From: Mobula hypostoma
Lineage: Eukaryota
Assembly (NCBI RefSeq): GCF_963921235.1
Contig: NC_086097.1
Coordinates: 136,464,001 to 136,528,000, forward strand
DNA: 64,000 nucleotides
Reading direction: 5' to 3'
Shown: one piece after another, positions 12,235 through 24,605 of the stretch
Position numbering within the stretch: position 1 is the first letter of the stretch
Layout of the letters: the number at the start of each line of letters is the position of its first letter
Notes under the pieces: model-generated
What the model saw: only the letters and a program-made list of their open reading frames with translations
The model's database searches: none
What the model was told of the DNA's origin: nothing
Translations under genes and position numbers: made by a program

Positions 12235-12846
12235 CTGATCTTTACTTCCTGAGAAAGCTAAAGAAATTTGGCCTGCCCCCTAAAACCCTCACTAATTTTT
12301 ATAGATGCACTGTAGAAAGCATTCTTCCAGGGTGCATCACAACCTGGTATGAAAGTTGTCCTGTCCAAGACTGAAAGAAGCTGCAGAAGATTGCGAACAC
12401 AGCCCAGCACGTCACACAAACCAATCTTCCGTCCTTGGACTCACTTTACACCGCACGCTGTCGAAGCAGTGCTGCCAGGATAATCAAGGACACGACCCAC
12501 CCAGCCAACACACTTTTCATCCCTCTTCCCTCCGGGAGAAGGCTCAGGAGCTTGAAGACTCGTACGGCCAGATTTGGGAACAGCTTCTTTCCAACTGTGA
12601 TAAGACTGCTGAACGGATCCTGACCCGGATCTGGGCCGTACCCTCCAAATATCTGGACCTGCCTCTTGGTTTTTTTTTGCACTACCTTACTTTCCCTTTT
12701 CTATTTTCTATTTATGATTTATAATTTAAATTTTTAATATTTACTATCGATTTGTACTCCAGGGAGCACAAGTGCAGTATCAAATATCACTGTGATGATT
12801 GTACGCTCCAGTATCAATTGTTTGGTGACAATAAAGTATAAAGTAT
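12235..12846 (+). mobile_element. Rex1/Babar LINE 3' end, relatively young
   Basis: LYFLRKLKKFGLPPKTLTNFYRCTVESILPGCITTWY...PLPSGRRLRSLKTRTARFGNSFFPTVIRLLN, tail AATAAAGTATAAAGTA. Confidence 0.9.
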
Positions 12847-12865
12847 CTATGGGTTGTTCCCAAGC

Positions 12866-12874
12866 ACAGACACA

Positions 12875-12911
<37 letters not shown>
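12866..12911. repeat. (CA)n microsatellite
   Basis: Directly visible. Confidence 0.95.
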
Positions 12912-12912
<1 letters not shown>

Positions 12913-13365
12913 AAATGCTACTGAAAGATCATCGGCTGAGTGGTTTACCCCAAACTTGCTGGTCTTGCAGTATGATGAGCTGGCCTTGAGGGAATGTCAC
13001 CAACTTGCACTCGCCAGGCTGCAGGGGTATGTGCTGAGAGATGCCATGAAGCTTGGTGCAACCAGCACAATGGTTCTGTGGACAAGGACCACTGTCTAGG
13101 GTCATGCCACCCTGAACGCAGAGGGGATAAATCTGTGTAGAAGAGTCTCAAGCATTTAAAGCTTCTTTCATTCCAGGAGGCCACACGAGTGACAATGACG
13201 CTCTGTACACAGAAGGTACCGACACTGCTCATGTATGTAAAACCAATATGAATGTATTGACTGAACGACAACCGTAATGTAAAGAATGCCATGCAGTCCA
13301 TTGTTTTTTGTATTCTTTGTATGATATATTTTTGATGAATAAAGTTTATCTTTAAAATCAAAAGG
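12912..13365 (+). mobile_element. Tx1/L1-clade LINE 3' end
   Basis: NLLVLQYDELALRECHQLALARLQGYVLRDAMKLG...TTV* resembles a Tx1 ORF2 C-terminus; the 3' UTR ends AATAAAGTTTATCTTTAAAATCAAAA. Confidence 0.6.
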
Positions 13366-14138
13366 TAGGTACTCCTCCACTCCTTTAAGAGTTGGCACAT
13401 TGTGCCAAGGGTTGGCAAAGAACCAGTCCACTACTGGCTGGCGAATGCTGAATGACTTCACTTCACTGTAATCAGGTGTGCTACGAGCCAGCACTGAATG
13501 AGGCTTTGTGTGCTGAGGGTTCAAGGTTTTATGAGCTGGACTGTTGACTCTGAATCCTGGCCAGAAGTGGAGCGCTAGGACCCTGAATCTCAGTGTCCCT
13601 GAGAGGAATCTCCCCCACCGAGCTGCGGCTTTGCTGGGGCCAGGTGGACCAGACAGTCCCTGCCAAATTCAAGTTCCAATCAGTGGACTCCCAGCAACAA
13701 TAGCCTCTCAGCTCCCAGATGTCAGAGAAAGTGAGCCAGGGGATTGCCAGCATTCTCATTAGCCGGATCTTCACTACATATTGTAATTCCTACGAGATAG
13801 GCAGGCCCAGAATCTGTGCCCCCTTGTAAATAAAATCTGTAGTACTCTGATCCATGCTGGTATTAATGTGCGTGTGTGTGCGTGTGTGTCACACTGCCTT
13901 ATCATTATGTCATCTCTGCCTCCTCTCCCAGTCCTTGTAGGATAAGGCCACAGAGTTTAAGTTTTAAGTTGCTGACGTGGCAGTGAGAACAAAGGAGCAC
14001 AAGGGTGATGGTTTGAGCTGGGCCTTTATATAGGAGCCAGTGTGATATGACACAGCGCAGCTCAACGCCATCAGCCCTACGCACACTGTGTAACAGATTC
14101 TGTCACATCTTCAAACGTTAACAGCATTAATAATATGC

Positions 14139-14254
14139 AGGTCAACCTTTTCCTTTTATCATCTTTGACCTACAACTGACCTCAGGGTTAATTCTGCCTT
14201 GACCTTCACACCCATACAGAAGGTAGAGACAGTGATGAGTATGGTTTGAGGTCA
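14139..14254. promoter_or_regulatory. Cluster of five AGGTCA nuclear-receptor half-sites including a perfect DR5 (14166-14182)
   Basis: AGGTCA at 14139 and 14249; TGACCT at 14166, 14177 and 14200; TGACCTacaacTGACCT is the DR5. Confidence 0.5.
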
Positions 14255-14514
14255 CATTGAATCAGGGCTCAGTCACTGCATTGTTCCAAGGACACAGCCT
14301 AGAGCAGCCCCCCTTGGGCCAGCCCACTCTAACACAAGCATTCTGCTGTGACTGGAAGCGGCTTGGAATTGGTGTGGTGTGACTTTCAATGGTCTCTTCT
14401 CTATCACCTCCTTCAACCTCTCTGGCTCGCTGCTCCTTTAACACACATCTGTGACCTAGCCTTTCATCGTCTGTCCTAATACGTGGCTCAGCCACAGGTT
14501 TCATGGTCACAGAG

Positions 14515-14830
14515 CCATAGAAAGTCTCAGAGTAGAATCAGGCCCTTGGGCTCACAGAGTACATGCCAATCATCAACACACCTAATTTTTAATAATCCTA
14601 ATTTCCCACACTCCCATCAATTTCTCCCAAATTTTACCACGTACCTACACATGGGGGGAGATATTAATGGCCTATTAAACAACCTACTGAAACATTTTTG
14701 GGATGTGGGAGAAAACAGGAACAACCCTGGGGGAATCAGCCACTTGCAAACTCCATGACAACAGTCCTGGAGGCTGGGATTGAAACCGGGTCTCTCGCAC
14801 TGCGTGGATGCTGCAGCAAGGGTGATGGCT
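14515..14830 (-). mobile_element. V-SINE copy
   Basis: TTTTTGGGATGTGGGAGAAAACAGGA...GGGATTGAAACCGGGTC is the reverse-complemented V-domain and B-box. Confidence 0.65.
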
Positions 14831-15738
14831 GAACAAGGCCTACATACAGGAGCCAGTATGATACGACATGGCCCGACCTCATCAGCCCCACACACACTTT
14901 ATCAGCTGTGCCATTGGGCCACTCCTTCAGCTGGTTACAGACTCGTGAACAACTTTGTTGTGTTCTACCATCCCACATCTGAGTTCCTCCATTTATAATA
15001 GTCGATTTTAATTGTTGTTAAATTGTGCACCTCAGAATGGACCCCATCACTTTGCTGCCAATTTACAGCTGCTTTCGTTTGTACATTTTTCAGCCACATT
15101 CTTCAATGGGCACTGAAGACTTGCATTCAGTACCGTGGACAAGGGGACTGAGCGTACGGCAGCCAGATTTGCTGATGAGACAGTGATAGGTTGGTTTGTC
15201 GATTGTGAGGAGGACACAAGGGATCTGAAGAGGGATGTAAAGAAGTTAATTGAGTGGGCAAGAAGTGAGAGTGTAATGTGTATATTGTGATGTTGTCCAG
15301 TGAAAAATGGCAAAATAAATAAATACTTAAACAGAGTGAGATGACACAATCATGTGTTACAAAGGGATTCTACAGTGTGAATGTATGGAGGGGGTAAGGA
15401 GTTATCGTGCCGGTTGAGTTAGGAGGACTAGTGGAATATTGGGCTTTATTTCAAGGGTATAAAGGTGGGAACCTTTGATGCAACTCTTCAGGGTGCTGGT
15501 GAGGGGTCCCTAGAGTACCAGGTACATTACTTGAAGCAGAATGTGCTGGATTTGGAAGCAGTGCAGCAAAGGCTCACTGGATCAATTCTTGTGATGAAGA
15601 GGATTTTGTGCGAAGAGAAGCTGAGAAAGTTAGGCCTCAAATCATTGAAGACTAAAAGAATGAGGGGTGATCTTATTGAAACGTAAGATTCTGAGGGCAG
15701 TTGATAGGTTGGACACTTTTCCCCCATGTTGTTTCAGA

Positions 15739-16303
15739 TTGGGGTGTATGAAGTGTCAGGGAGGGGTAGCACTTCTGGTGGGGGAACATGTCGTGTCCTT
15801 TTTCAGGGCGGTTAGTCCACCTTTGCTCCCCACCTGGCACTCAGCTCTCACCTGTGGCTCCTCGTAGCTGTTTGCATGCGACAGCGGCCACACCCCAGGC
15901 AATGGCTTCGACAAGCCGGCTAAACCAGGTGAGGGTATCCGACGGGTCTCAAACCCTCGGTGAGATAGGGAGTTGCCTATCCCAGCATGTGAAGACAGAC
16001 TCTGACGGATTGAGTGGACAAGACCAATGGAAAGTCCAATGGTCAAGAAGGCAGTCTCTGCAAGCGTCGTGGAACATGTAGAGCAGGACAAGACACACAA
16101 GACGTCCTGGTCATCCACTGCACCTAGTCCCATCTCCAGCCGTCTAGACTCTGTCTTGTCACCGGATCCAGATGGGAATTGGGAAAGGAGAGTGAGGCTG
16201 ACACTGCGCAACTCTCCCTCACTTAAATCCAAATCACGCGCTAGTCTCAACACCATCATTATGGTGTCGAGGTCCTCATCGACGTCGACGACGGACGAAC
16301 ACA
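15739..16303 (+). mobile_element. Non-autonomous RTE-derived element (5' UTR joined to 3' end), 565 bp
   Basis: Perfect 14-bp TSD CATGTTGTTTCAGA (15725-15738 and 16304-16317). CpG-rich. The 3' end GAGAGTGAGGCTGAC...CTCACTTAAATCCAA...GGACGAACACA resembles RTE-related SINE tails. Confidence 0.8.
15741..15933 (+). ncRNA. HDV-like self-cleaving ribozyme fold
   Basis: P1 GGGGTGT(15741-47)/ACACCCC(15890-96); P2 CTCACCTG(15847-54)/CAGGTGAG(15926-33); P3 GGC/GCC; L3 starts TCCTCG; P4 GGCTT/AAGCC; J4/2 GGCTAA with candidate catalytic C15920. Confidence 0.75.
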
Positions 16304-17994
16304 CATGTTGTTTCAGAGTAAGGGGTTGGCCATTTCAGATGGAGGTGAGGAAGAATTTCTTTTCTCAGAGATTTGTGACTCTTTGGAGTTCATTACTGCT
16401 GAGAGTTGTGGGATGGTGTCAGTCAGTATGTTCAAGGGAGAGACTGACAGACAAAAGAACAGCGGAACAGAAAGAGAGCAGGACAGTTGTGCTGAGACCA
16501 AGATGAGAACAGACATGACCTTATTGAATGGTAAAGCATCTTCAAGGGACTATGTGAAGAACAAGTTGCTGGAGGGTCTCACAGGATAGGCAGCATCTGT
16601 GGAGGGAAATGTAAAGTTTCGGGCCAAGACCTTTCACCCAACAGAGAAAACGTTGAGCCTCAGATCTCTTTTAACCCATGTCTTATAGTTTTAGATTCCA
16701 CTGGGAAAAACCAGTGACTATCCACCCTATCTATGCTCCTCATGACCTTATCTACCTCCCCTCACTCTCCTACTGTCCAGGGGAAAATAAACCTCAGCCT
16801 ATCCGGTCTCCGCCTATACTCAATTTCAATATGCTCCTAAGTTTTCCATTCTGAATAGACTTTGCTGAGCTTAAAATACTGCCCTCTTTATTCCTTGACA
16901 AGTCCTACCAACTTCAATCAGGAAACTAAGTATTTATTGAGAGTTGGGACCTCTCTCATTCTTAAGTAGGTCCTAGCTCCAAGTACCCTAAATTAATTTA
17001 TAAAATGAACAAAAGAGTTTGTGGAAAACACTTCCTTGGAGAAAGCATTGCTGAATTATATGTGTGTGTGCGGTTCTGGACTGAAGTGAATGAATACAGA
17101 GTTACTGAGGGATATACCAAAGAACAAACATCTTGCAGAGTTGCATAATACTGGGGAGTATTAATCAGTAGCTGCTTAGAAATCAGCCTCTAGGTGGGCT
17201 CCAGTTTTGGGAACCAGCACTTATAGTAAACATTATGTACTTTTGTTGCTTTAGTTTCTCCGATTTTGGAACTAATAGTGTCTCTTTAGGCCAACATCTG
17301 CCTTGAATTACCCCTGCTGATATTTTATTCTTACTGTGCTAACTCTACAATGTTGGCTCTATGACATGTTACCATACCAGGGAACTGAATTAAACTACCT
17401 TCTTTATATACCTCTGTCATTTTCCCTGCAGCTACCAAGTGAGGAAATTGAATCAGCATCTTTATTGTCTTATCATTCTCTCTCTCTGTAATTTTCTCTA
17501 CCACCCCCCACCCCTCCTTATCTCTCTAACCTCCTCTGGCCACCCAAATCCCTCCTTATCTCTGCAAACCCCCTCAGCCCTATACCTCCCTCATCTCTAT
17601 AACCTCCTCTAATACAGTAACCCTCTTTACAACGCTGCAAGAATCCAATTATAACACCCACTGCTTCCCAGATTCCCTCTTTAGGATGGTCCCCACACCC
17701 ATCCGATTGGCCTAGCCTTTGGTCTCCCTCCCCAATACATGACTGGGTGACAGATTTTGTTGGGTGAAGCTCCTGCAAAGCAAGTTCGATTTACTGGTTG
17801 GAAAGTGCTTTATAAATGCAATGGCTGATGTTATTGATGGTCCCGGCTATGTCATGGTAGAATTGCTCCTGAACTGTGGCGGCTTGATAAAGTACTGCTT
17901 CAACGCATCTCCAACTGAGGAGTTGTAACCTGGTTGTCTCTGAGAAAAGATCTCTGTGCCGATGGGAGCTATTTCATTTGGGAACAGTTTAAAA

Positions 17995-18770
17995 CATACA
18001 ACATAGAACTCAATAGCACAGTTCAGCCAAACTTTTAACTAAGATCAATCTAACCCTTTCCTCCTATATAGCCCTCAATTTTTCTTTCATCCATGTCCCT
18101 ACCTAAGAGTTTCTTAAATGTCCCTAATGTATCTGACTCTATCACCACCCCTGGCAGGGTTCTCAGCGCACCCTCTGAGTACAGAATATACCTCTGATGT
18201 CCCCCCTATACTTTCCTCTAATCACTTAAAATTATGTCCTCTTGCATTAGTTATTTCCACCCTGGGAAACTGTTTCTGGCTGTCCACTAGATCTCTGCTT
18301 CTCAACATCCTCTACACCTCTATCAAATCACCTCTCATCCTCTTTCACTCCAAAGAGAGGAGCCCTAGCTTGTTCAACCTATCTTCTAATCCAGGTAGCA
18401 TCCTGGTAAATTTCTTATGTACCCCCTCTAAGGCTTCCACATCCTTTCAATAATGAGGTGACCAGAACTGAATACAATATTCCAAGTGTGGGCTAAGAAA
18501 GGATTTATAGAGCTGCCACATTACCTCTTGAACTAAATCCCTGACTAATTAAGGCCAGCACACCACACGCCTTCTTAACGGCCCTATTAATGTGCGGCAA
18601 CTTTGAGAATCTATGGATGCAGACCCCAAAATCCCTCTGTTTCGCTATATTATCCTGCCATTAGCCTTATATTTTGCCTTCAGGTTCAACCTTCCAATGT
18701 GTATCACTTCATAATTTTCTAGGTTGAACTCCATCTGCTGATTCTCAGCCAAGCTCTGCATCCAATCAAC
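17995..18770 (-). mobile_element. CR1 LINE 3' fragment
   Basis: The reverse complement encodes LEYCIQFWSP and RGDLIEVYRML-type motifs plus a CR1 tail. Confidence 0.8.
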
Positions 18771-19039
18771 CTCCAAATTCAATGAGCAACAAAATCATCC
18801 AATTGGATTTCCTTTCCTTCTCTTATCATCTTTGATGGAAACCTTTCTCCCACAAGAAAGGTGTCAAAACAATGGAATAATAAGTTTAGGGAAGGAGAGT
18901 TGGAGACATTTACTTGTAAAGTTTACATGCCAGTTTTCAAAAGTGAGCAGGGCCTGTTGGAATTTGGCTCTGGACCAAGAGGTTGCCTGGATCATTAACA
19001 CGAGCTCATAAAAATATGCGAGGTGTAAAAGAGTGGCCA

Positions 19040-22000
19040 TTGTGAGAGCAGCCATTGTTGGAGTGGGCCAGAATTAGAGTGGGGTGATTTGGCTCAACAG
19101 GCTTCAACAAGAAGGCTTAAGTAAATCTCTAGTAAGCTTTTTTTCTCTTTCTTTGTCTATTGGTACATAGCTAGTGTATTCAGAATGGTCTAGGGTTAGC
19201 GGTATGTTCTTTGCGTGAGATGTGGCAACTCTGGGAGACCTCTAGTCTCCCTGATAACTACATCTGCATGAAGTGCATCGAACTGCAGCTCCTTAGAGAC
19301 CATGCTAAGAAACTGGAGCTTTGGCTCGTACAGAAAAATGCGGAAGTGATAGATATAAGCTACAGGGCAGTAGTCATCCCCGAGTTGCAGGAGGCTGGTA
19401 GCCAGGTGACTGTCAGGAAAGAAAAGAGAATAGGCAGCCAGTGGAGAGTACCCCATGGCCATCTCCCTGAATAACATGTATACCTCTTTGGATACAGTTT
19501 GGGTGAGGGGGTGACCTATCACAGAAAGCAATGGTGATGGGGTCTCAGGTACTTAGTCTGGCTCTGTGGCTCCAAAGGGGAGGGGAGAGAAGAGGAGTGC
19601 AGCAGTGATTGGGGATTCTATAGATAGAGGCGATTCTGTGGAAATGAAAGAGACACCAGAATCATATGTGCCTTCCCAGGTGCTAAGGTCAGGATGTCTT
19701 AGATCAGATCCACAGCATTCTAAAGGGGGAGGGTGAACAGCCAAAAGTCGTGGTACATATTCTACCAATGGCATAGGTAGAAAAACAGATGAGTTCCTGA
19801 AGAGAGAAGTATGAAGAAAGCTGAAAGGCGGCTTTCTTCATACTCCAGTGAGCGCAAGAATAGGATGATCAGGCAGATGAATGCTTGGCTGAGGAATTGG
19901 TTCAGGGGGCAGGGTTTCACATTTCTGGATCATTGGGATTTCTTCTGGTGAATGTATGACCAGTACAAAAAGGACAAGTTACACCGGAACTTGAGGGGAA
20001 CCAATATCCTTGCAGGCAGGTTTGTTAGAGCTGTTGGGGAGGGTTTAAACTAATTTGGCAGGGGGATGGGAACTAGAGTGATAGGGCAGAGGAAGGGGCA
20101 ACTGGTGTAAAGTAGATGCAGTGTGTAGTGAGACTGTGAGGAGGGACAAGCAGATGATAGTGTAAAATTGCAGAGAGTGAGATAAATTCAAGTGTAATGG
20201 AAGAAATCAAAAAGGGTGATCAATACAGGACTGAAGATGTTATATTTGAATGCACACAGCGCACGGAATAAGATAAATGATCTTATAGTGTATTTGGAGA
20301 TAACGTTATTATGGAAATCACTGAGTCAGGGCTGAAAGAAGGTTATAATCAGGAGCTTAATATTGAAGGATACATATTGTGTCAAAAGGGCAGGTAGGTA
20401 GGCAAAGGGGGTGAGGTGTTTTGCTAGTAAAAAATAAAATCAAGTCCTTAGAAAGAGGTGGCATAGGAAGATATAGAATCCTTATGGGTACAGTTAAGGA
20501 ACTGCAAGGGTTAAAAACCCCTGATGGGAGTTATATACAAACCTCCGTACAGTAGCCGAGATGTGGGGTACAAATTACAGTGGGAGATAAAAGGACATGT
20601 AAAAAGAGACAATGTTATGATAGACTCAATGATTTTAATATACTGTACAGGTAGATTGGGAAAGCTAGGTTTGAGCTGGATTCCAAGAGAGGGAATTTGT
20701 AGAATGCCTATGAGATTGCTTTTTAGAGCAGACTGTAGTTGAGTCCACTAGGTAAAAGGCAATTCTGTATTGGATGTTGTGTAATGAACCAGATTAGATT
20801 AGGAATCTTAAAATAAAGGAACCTTTAAGAGGCATTAATCATAATATGATAGAATTCACCCTACAGTTTGAGAGGGAGAAGCTAGCGTGTCAGGGGGTGT
20901 GTGTTGTTGCTTGGAAAGTTGAAAGGTCTGAAGGAAAATTAGTCAACTGGACCAGATGGACTACTAACCAGGATTCTGAAGTGGCAGCTGAAGAAATTGT
21001 GGAGCATTAAAAAAGTTCAAAGTTCAAAGCAACTTTATTATCAAAGTTTATATACGTCAGCATATACAGCCCTGAGATTCATTTTCTTGTGGGCATACTC
21101 AATAACACCAATAACCATAATAGAATCAATGAAAGACCACACCAAAAGAGCAGACAACCAGTGAGCAAAAGATAACAAACTGTGCAAATACAAAAAGAAA
21201 GAAAAATAAATAACAATAACAATAATAAATAAACAAGGAATAAGTATCAAAACATGAGATGAGAAGTCCTTAAAAGTGAGTCCATAGGTTGTGGGAACAG
21301 TTCGGTGATGAGGCAAGTGAAGTTGATTGATTTTATCCCCTCTGGTTCAGGAGCCTGATGGTTGAGGGGTAATAACTGTTCCTGAAGTTGGTGGTGTGAG
21401 TCCTGAGGCTCCTGCACTTTCTTGCTGGTGGCAGCAGCAAGAAGAGAGTATGACCTTGGTGGCGGGGGTCCCTGATGATGGATGCTGTGTTCAATTGGTA
21501 ATGTTCCGTGTAGATGTGCTTAATGGTGGGAGGGCTTTACCCATGACAGACCAGACAGCATCCACTACTTTTTGTAGGATTTTCCATTCAAGGATGTTGG
21601 TTTTTCCATACCAGGCTGTGCACTAGATACTGGAATGGTTCTGGAGGTCAGGAAAATTCCAAATGTCACTCCACTCTTTATGAAAGGAGGGAGGCAGAAG
21701 AAAGGAGATTATAGGTCAGTTAGCATGACTTCAGTGTTTGGGAAAATGTTGGAGTCCATTATTAAGGATGAGGTTTTGGGGTACTTGAGGACAAATGATA
21801 AAACAGGCCAAAGTCAGCATGATTTCTTTAAGGGCAAATCTTGCCTGACAAATCTGCTGGAATTCTTTGAGGAAATAACAAGCAGGATAGGCAAAGGAGA
21901 ATCATTGGACGTTGGTTACATGAATTTTCAGAAGGCCTTTGACAAGTTGCCGCACGTGAGGCTGCTTAACAAGTTAAGAGCCCATGGTGTTACAGGGAAA

Positions 22001-22875
22001 ATATCAGTACAGATGGGAGATTGACTGACTGGCAAGAGACAAGAGGGTAAAAGGAGGCCTTTTCTGGTGGTATTCGCAGGGGTCAGTGATGGGTCTGTTT
22101 CTTCTCACGGTATATATTAATGATGTTGGAATTGTGGCCATGTTTGCGGTTGGTATAAAGATAGGTGGAGGGACAGGTAGTAGTGAGGAAGCAGGGAGTC
22201 TGCAGAAGAAATTGGACAGATTGGAAGAATGGGCTAATAAGTGACAGATGGATTATAGTGTAGAGAAGTATATGGTCATGCACTTTGGTGGGAGGAATAA
22301 AGGTGTAGATTATTTTCTAAATGGGAAGGAAATTCAAAATTCATAGGTGGACTGGGACTTGGGAGTTCTTGTGCAGGATTCCCTAAAGGTTAACTTGCAG
22401 GTTTACTCAGTGGTGAGGAAGGCAAGTGATTCCAGGAATGAAAGAGTTAACATATGAGGATTGTTTGATGGCTCTGTTGTTTAGAAGAGTGAGGGGGGAT
22501 CTCATTGAAACCTATCGAATATTGAAAGTCCTAGATAAAGTGGATGACGAGAGGATGTTTCCTATAGTTTCCTATAGGACTGGAGGGTACAGTCGCAGAA
22601 TAGAGAGACATTCATTTAGAACAGAAATAAGGAGGAATTTCTTTAGCCAGAGGGTGGTGAATCTGTAGAATTCATTGCCAAAGACAGCTGTGTAGACCAA
22701 ATCATTGGGTATATTTAACGCAGAGGTTGATAGGTTCTTGATTAGTCAGGGAATCAAAGGTTACGGGGTGAAGGCAGGACACTAAGCTTGAGAGAGATCA
22801 GAAATCATCCATGATGGAATGGTGGAACAGATTTCATGTGTCTAATGGTGTAACTCTGCTCCTCTGTCTTATGCG
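19040..22875 (+). mobile_element. Near full-length degenerate CR1 LINE (ORF1 ~19184-20050, endonuclease, reverse transcriptase), internally deleted and split by a Rex insertion
   Basis: EMWQLWETSSLPDNYICMKCIELQLLRD (ORF1), GVIYKPPYSS (endonuclease), KSCLTNLLEFFEEIT...FQKAFDKLPH (RT), tail CCTCTGTCTTATG. Confidence 0.9.
21013..21622 (-). mobile_element. Rex1/Babar 3' fragment nested in CR1
   Basis: Tail AAAGTTCAAAGTTCAAAG at the left end; body homologous to 4279-4875. Confidence 0.85.
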
Positions 22876-23929
22876 GGAATCTGTGGAAGGCCATCTTCAC
22901 CCAAAGTTTCATTGAATGTGCAGCATACTGTCTGAGAAGGTGGTGGAGACAAATACTCTTACAACATCTAAGAAGTATCTGGAGTGTACTTAATGACTCT
23001 TTAATACTCTTTATAAATATGTATGTACAAAGTATCTCATGTGGGCTTTACAGATTGAGCCAGCATTTAATTACCCATCTCTAGTTGCCCTTCAGACGAT
23101 GGAGGTGAAATATACAGGGTCACGAGAAAAGTAAAGGGTATGAAATTAATTAGATAGCTGTACAAAAAAGGTAGAAACAGTCAGAATCTTTTTCCAGGAT
23201 AGAAATGTCAAATGCAAGCACATACACATTTAAAGTGAGAGAAGGAAAGTTTAAAGGAGATGTGGAGGACAATTTTTGGTACACCATTAGATCATAAGAC
23301 CCATAAAATATAGGAGCAGAAGTTGGCCATTTGGGTCTACTGCACCATGGCTGATTTATTTTCTCTCTTGCCGGGAACGGGCTGGCAGGGATAGTGGTGG
23401 AAGCAGATTTGACAGTGGTGTTTAGGAGACTTTGAGACAGTAACATGAAATATGCAGGGAATGGAAGGATGTGGATCACGTACATGCAGAAGAGGTTTGG
23501 CTTACTCATGTCCAGAACAGACGCTGGGGGCCAAAGGGCCTGTTCCTGAGCTGTACTGTTCTATGTTCATTGTTATTCATCCAAAGAGCCCTTCATTAAA
23601 TTTCTGCATTCACCCCTTGGTCAGAGCATTAGTGATAAAGTAGGAGGTAGGAGGGAGTAGAAGAAAGGATGGAAGGAATAGAACCGGGGATGGTGTAAGA
23701 CAGAGCAGGGATATACAATGGGCTTTGGGAAAATGAGGATCTTGTGTTCTTAAGTACTAACCTGAGGTTACAAACACAGTGAGGACAACAACCTTCCCTG
23801 TGTGAACTTGAGGATCTCAGGAGCAATGATATATTAATGCCAAAAGGTAACTGGGGAGGGTTTTTTTTGGCTAAAATATATACATGGAGATAGTTGAACT
23901 GAAAGCAGAAGAACAAAATCCTCATCAAT

Positions 23930-24470
23930 ACACAATCTGCCCGAGGAATTCAGCATCAATGAAGGGAAATGGACAGGTGATGTTTCAGTCAACCCTTCCT
24001 CAGGACTGGAAAGCTGGGGGAGGAGTGGAGTAAGAGCTGGCAGGTGGGGAAGGGGGAGAAAGTGGGGGTGACGAAAGAAACTGAGAGCTGATAGTTGGAA
24101 GCAACAAAGAGCTGAAGAATATGGAACCTGACAGGGCAGTGGACCATGGAATAAAAGAGCTGAGGAGAGGAACAGGAGGAAGGAATGTGTGGGAGACCAG
24201 CAGATTGCGAGGGCAAGGGAGGGGAAAACAGCAAGGTGATAGGGCCAGTGGGATAAACGAAAACAAAGGGGGACAGAGGGGAATGATTACCGGAAGTCAG
24301 AGAAGGCAGTGTTCATGCCAAACAGAATATGAGGTGTGGTTCCTCTAATCTCTGCAGAGCCTGAACTTGGCAGTAGAGAAGGACATAGACAGACATGTGT
24401 GTGGGAATGAGAAAGGAATTAAAATAATTAATCACTGGAAGGCACTGGCTGTTAGGGTGGACAAAATGAA
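23930..24470 (-). mobile_element. Degenerate Penelope 3' fragment
   Basis: Minus-strand LQRLEEPHLIFCL matches the GIY-YIG C-terminus; decayed hammerhead at ~23975-24008. Confidence 0.7.
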
Positions 24471-24605
24471 CCCTAACCTTATGTAACAAATTAGACCATA
24501 AGACCATAAGACCATAAGACCATAAGACAAAGGAGCAGAAGTAGGCCATTCGGCCCATCGAGTCTGCTCCACCATTTTATCATGAGCTGATCCATTTTAT
24601 CCTAT

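Larger units (their letters stand above)
15100..16550 (+). mobile_element. Old CR1 reverse-transcriptase fragment, split by the RTE-derived insertion
   Basis: RFADET, KRMRGDLIET and EVRKNFFSQRFVTLWSSL motifs. Confidence 0.75.

Noticed and set aside
14023..14034. CCTTTATATAGG as a CArG box
   Set aside because: It has eight A/T bases between CC and GG rather than six; kept only as a possible TATA element.
15756..16506. Overlapping 159-182 aa ORFs
   Set aside because: They lie across a GC-rich non-coding RTE derivative and a CR1 remnant, with no domain motifs.
24493..24524. Short regularly spaced direct repeats (GACCATAA)
   Set aside because: This is the CR1 3' microsatellite tail. There are no spacers, so it is not a CRISPR array.
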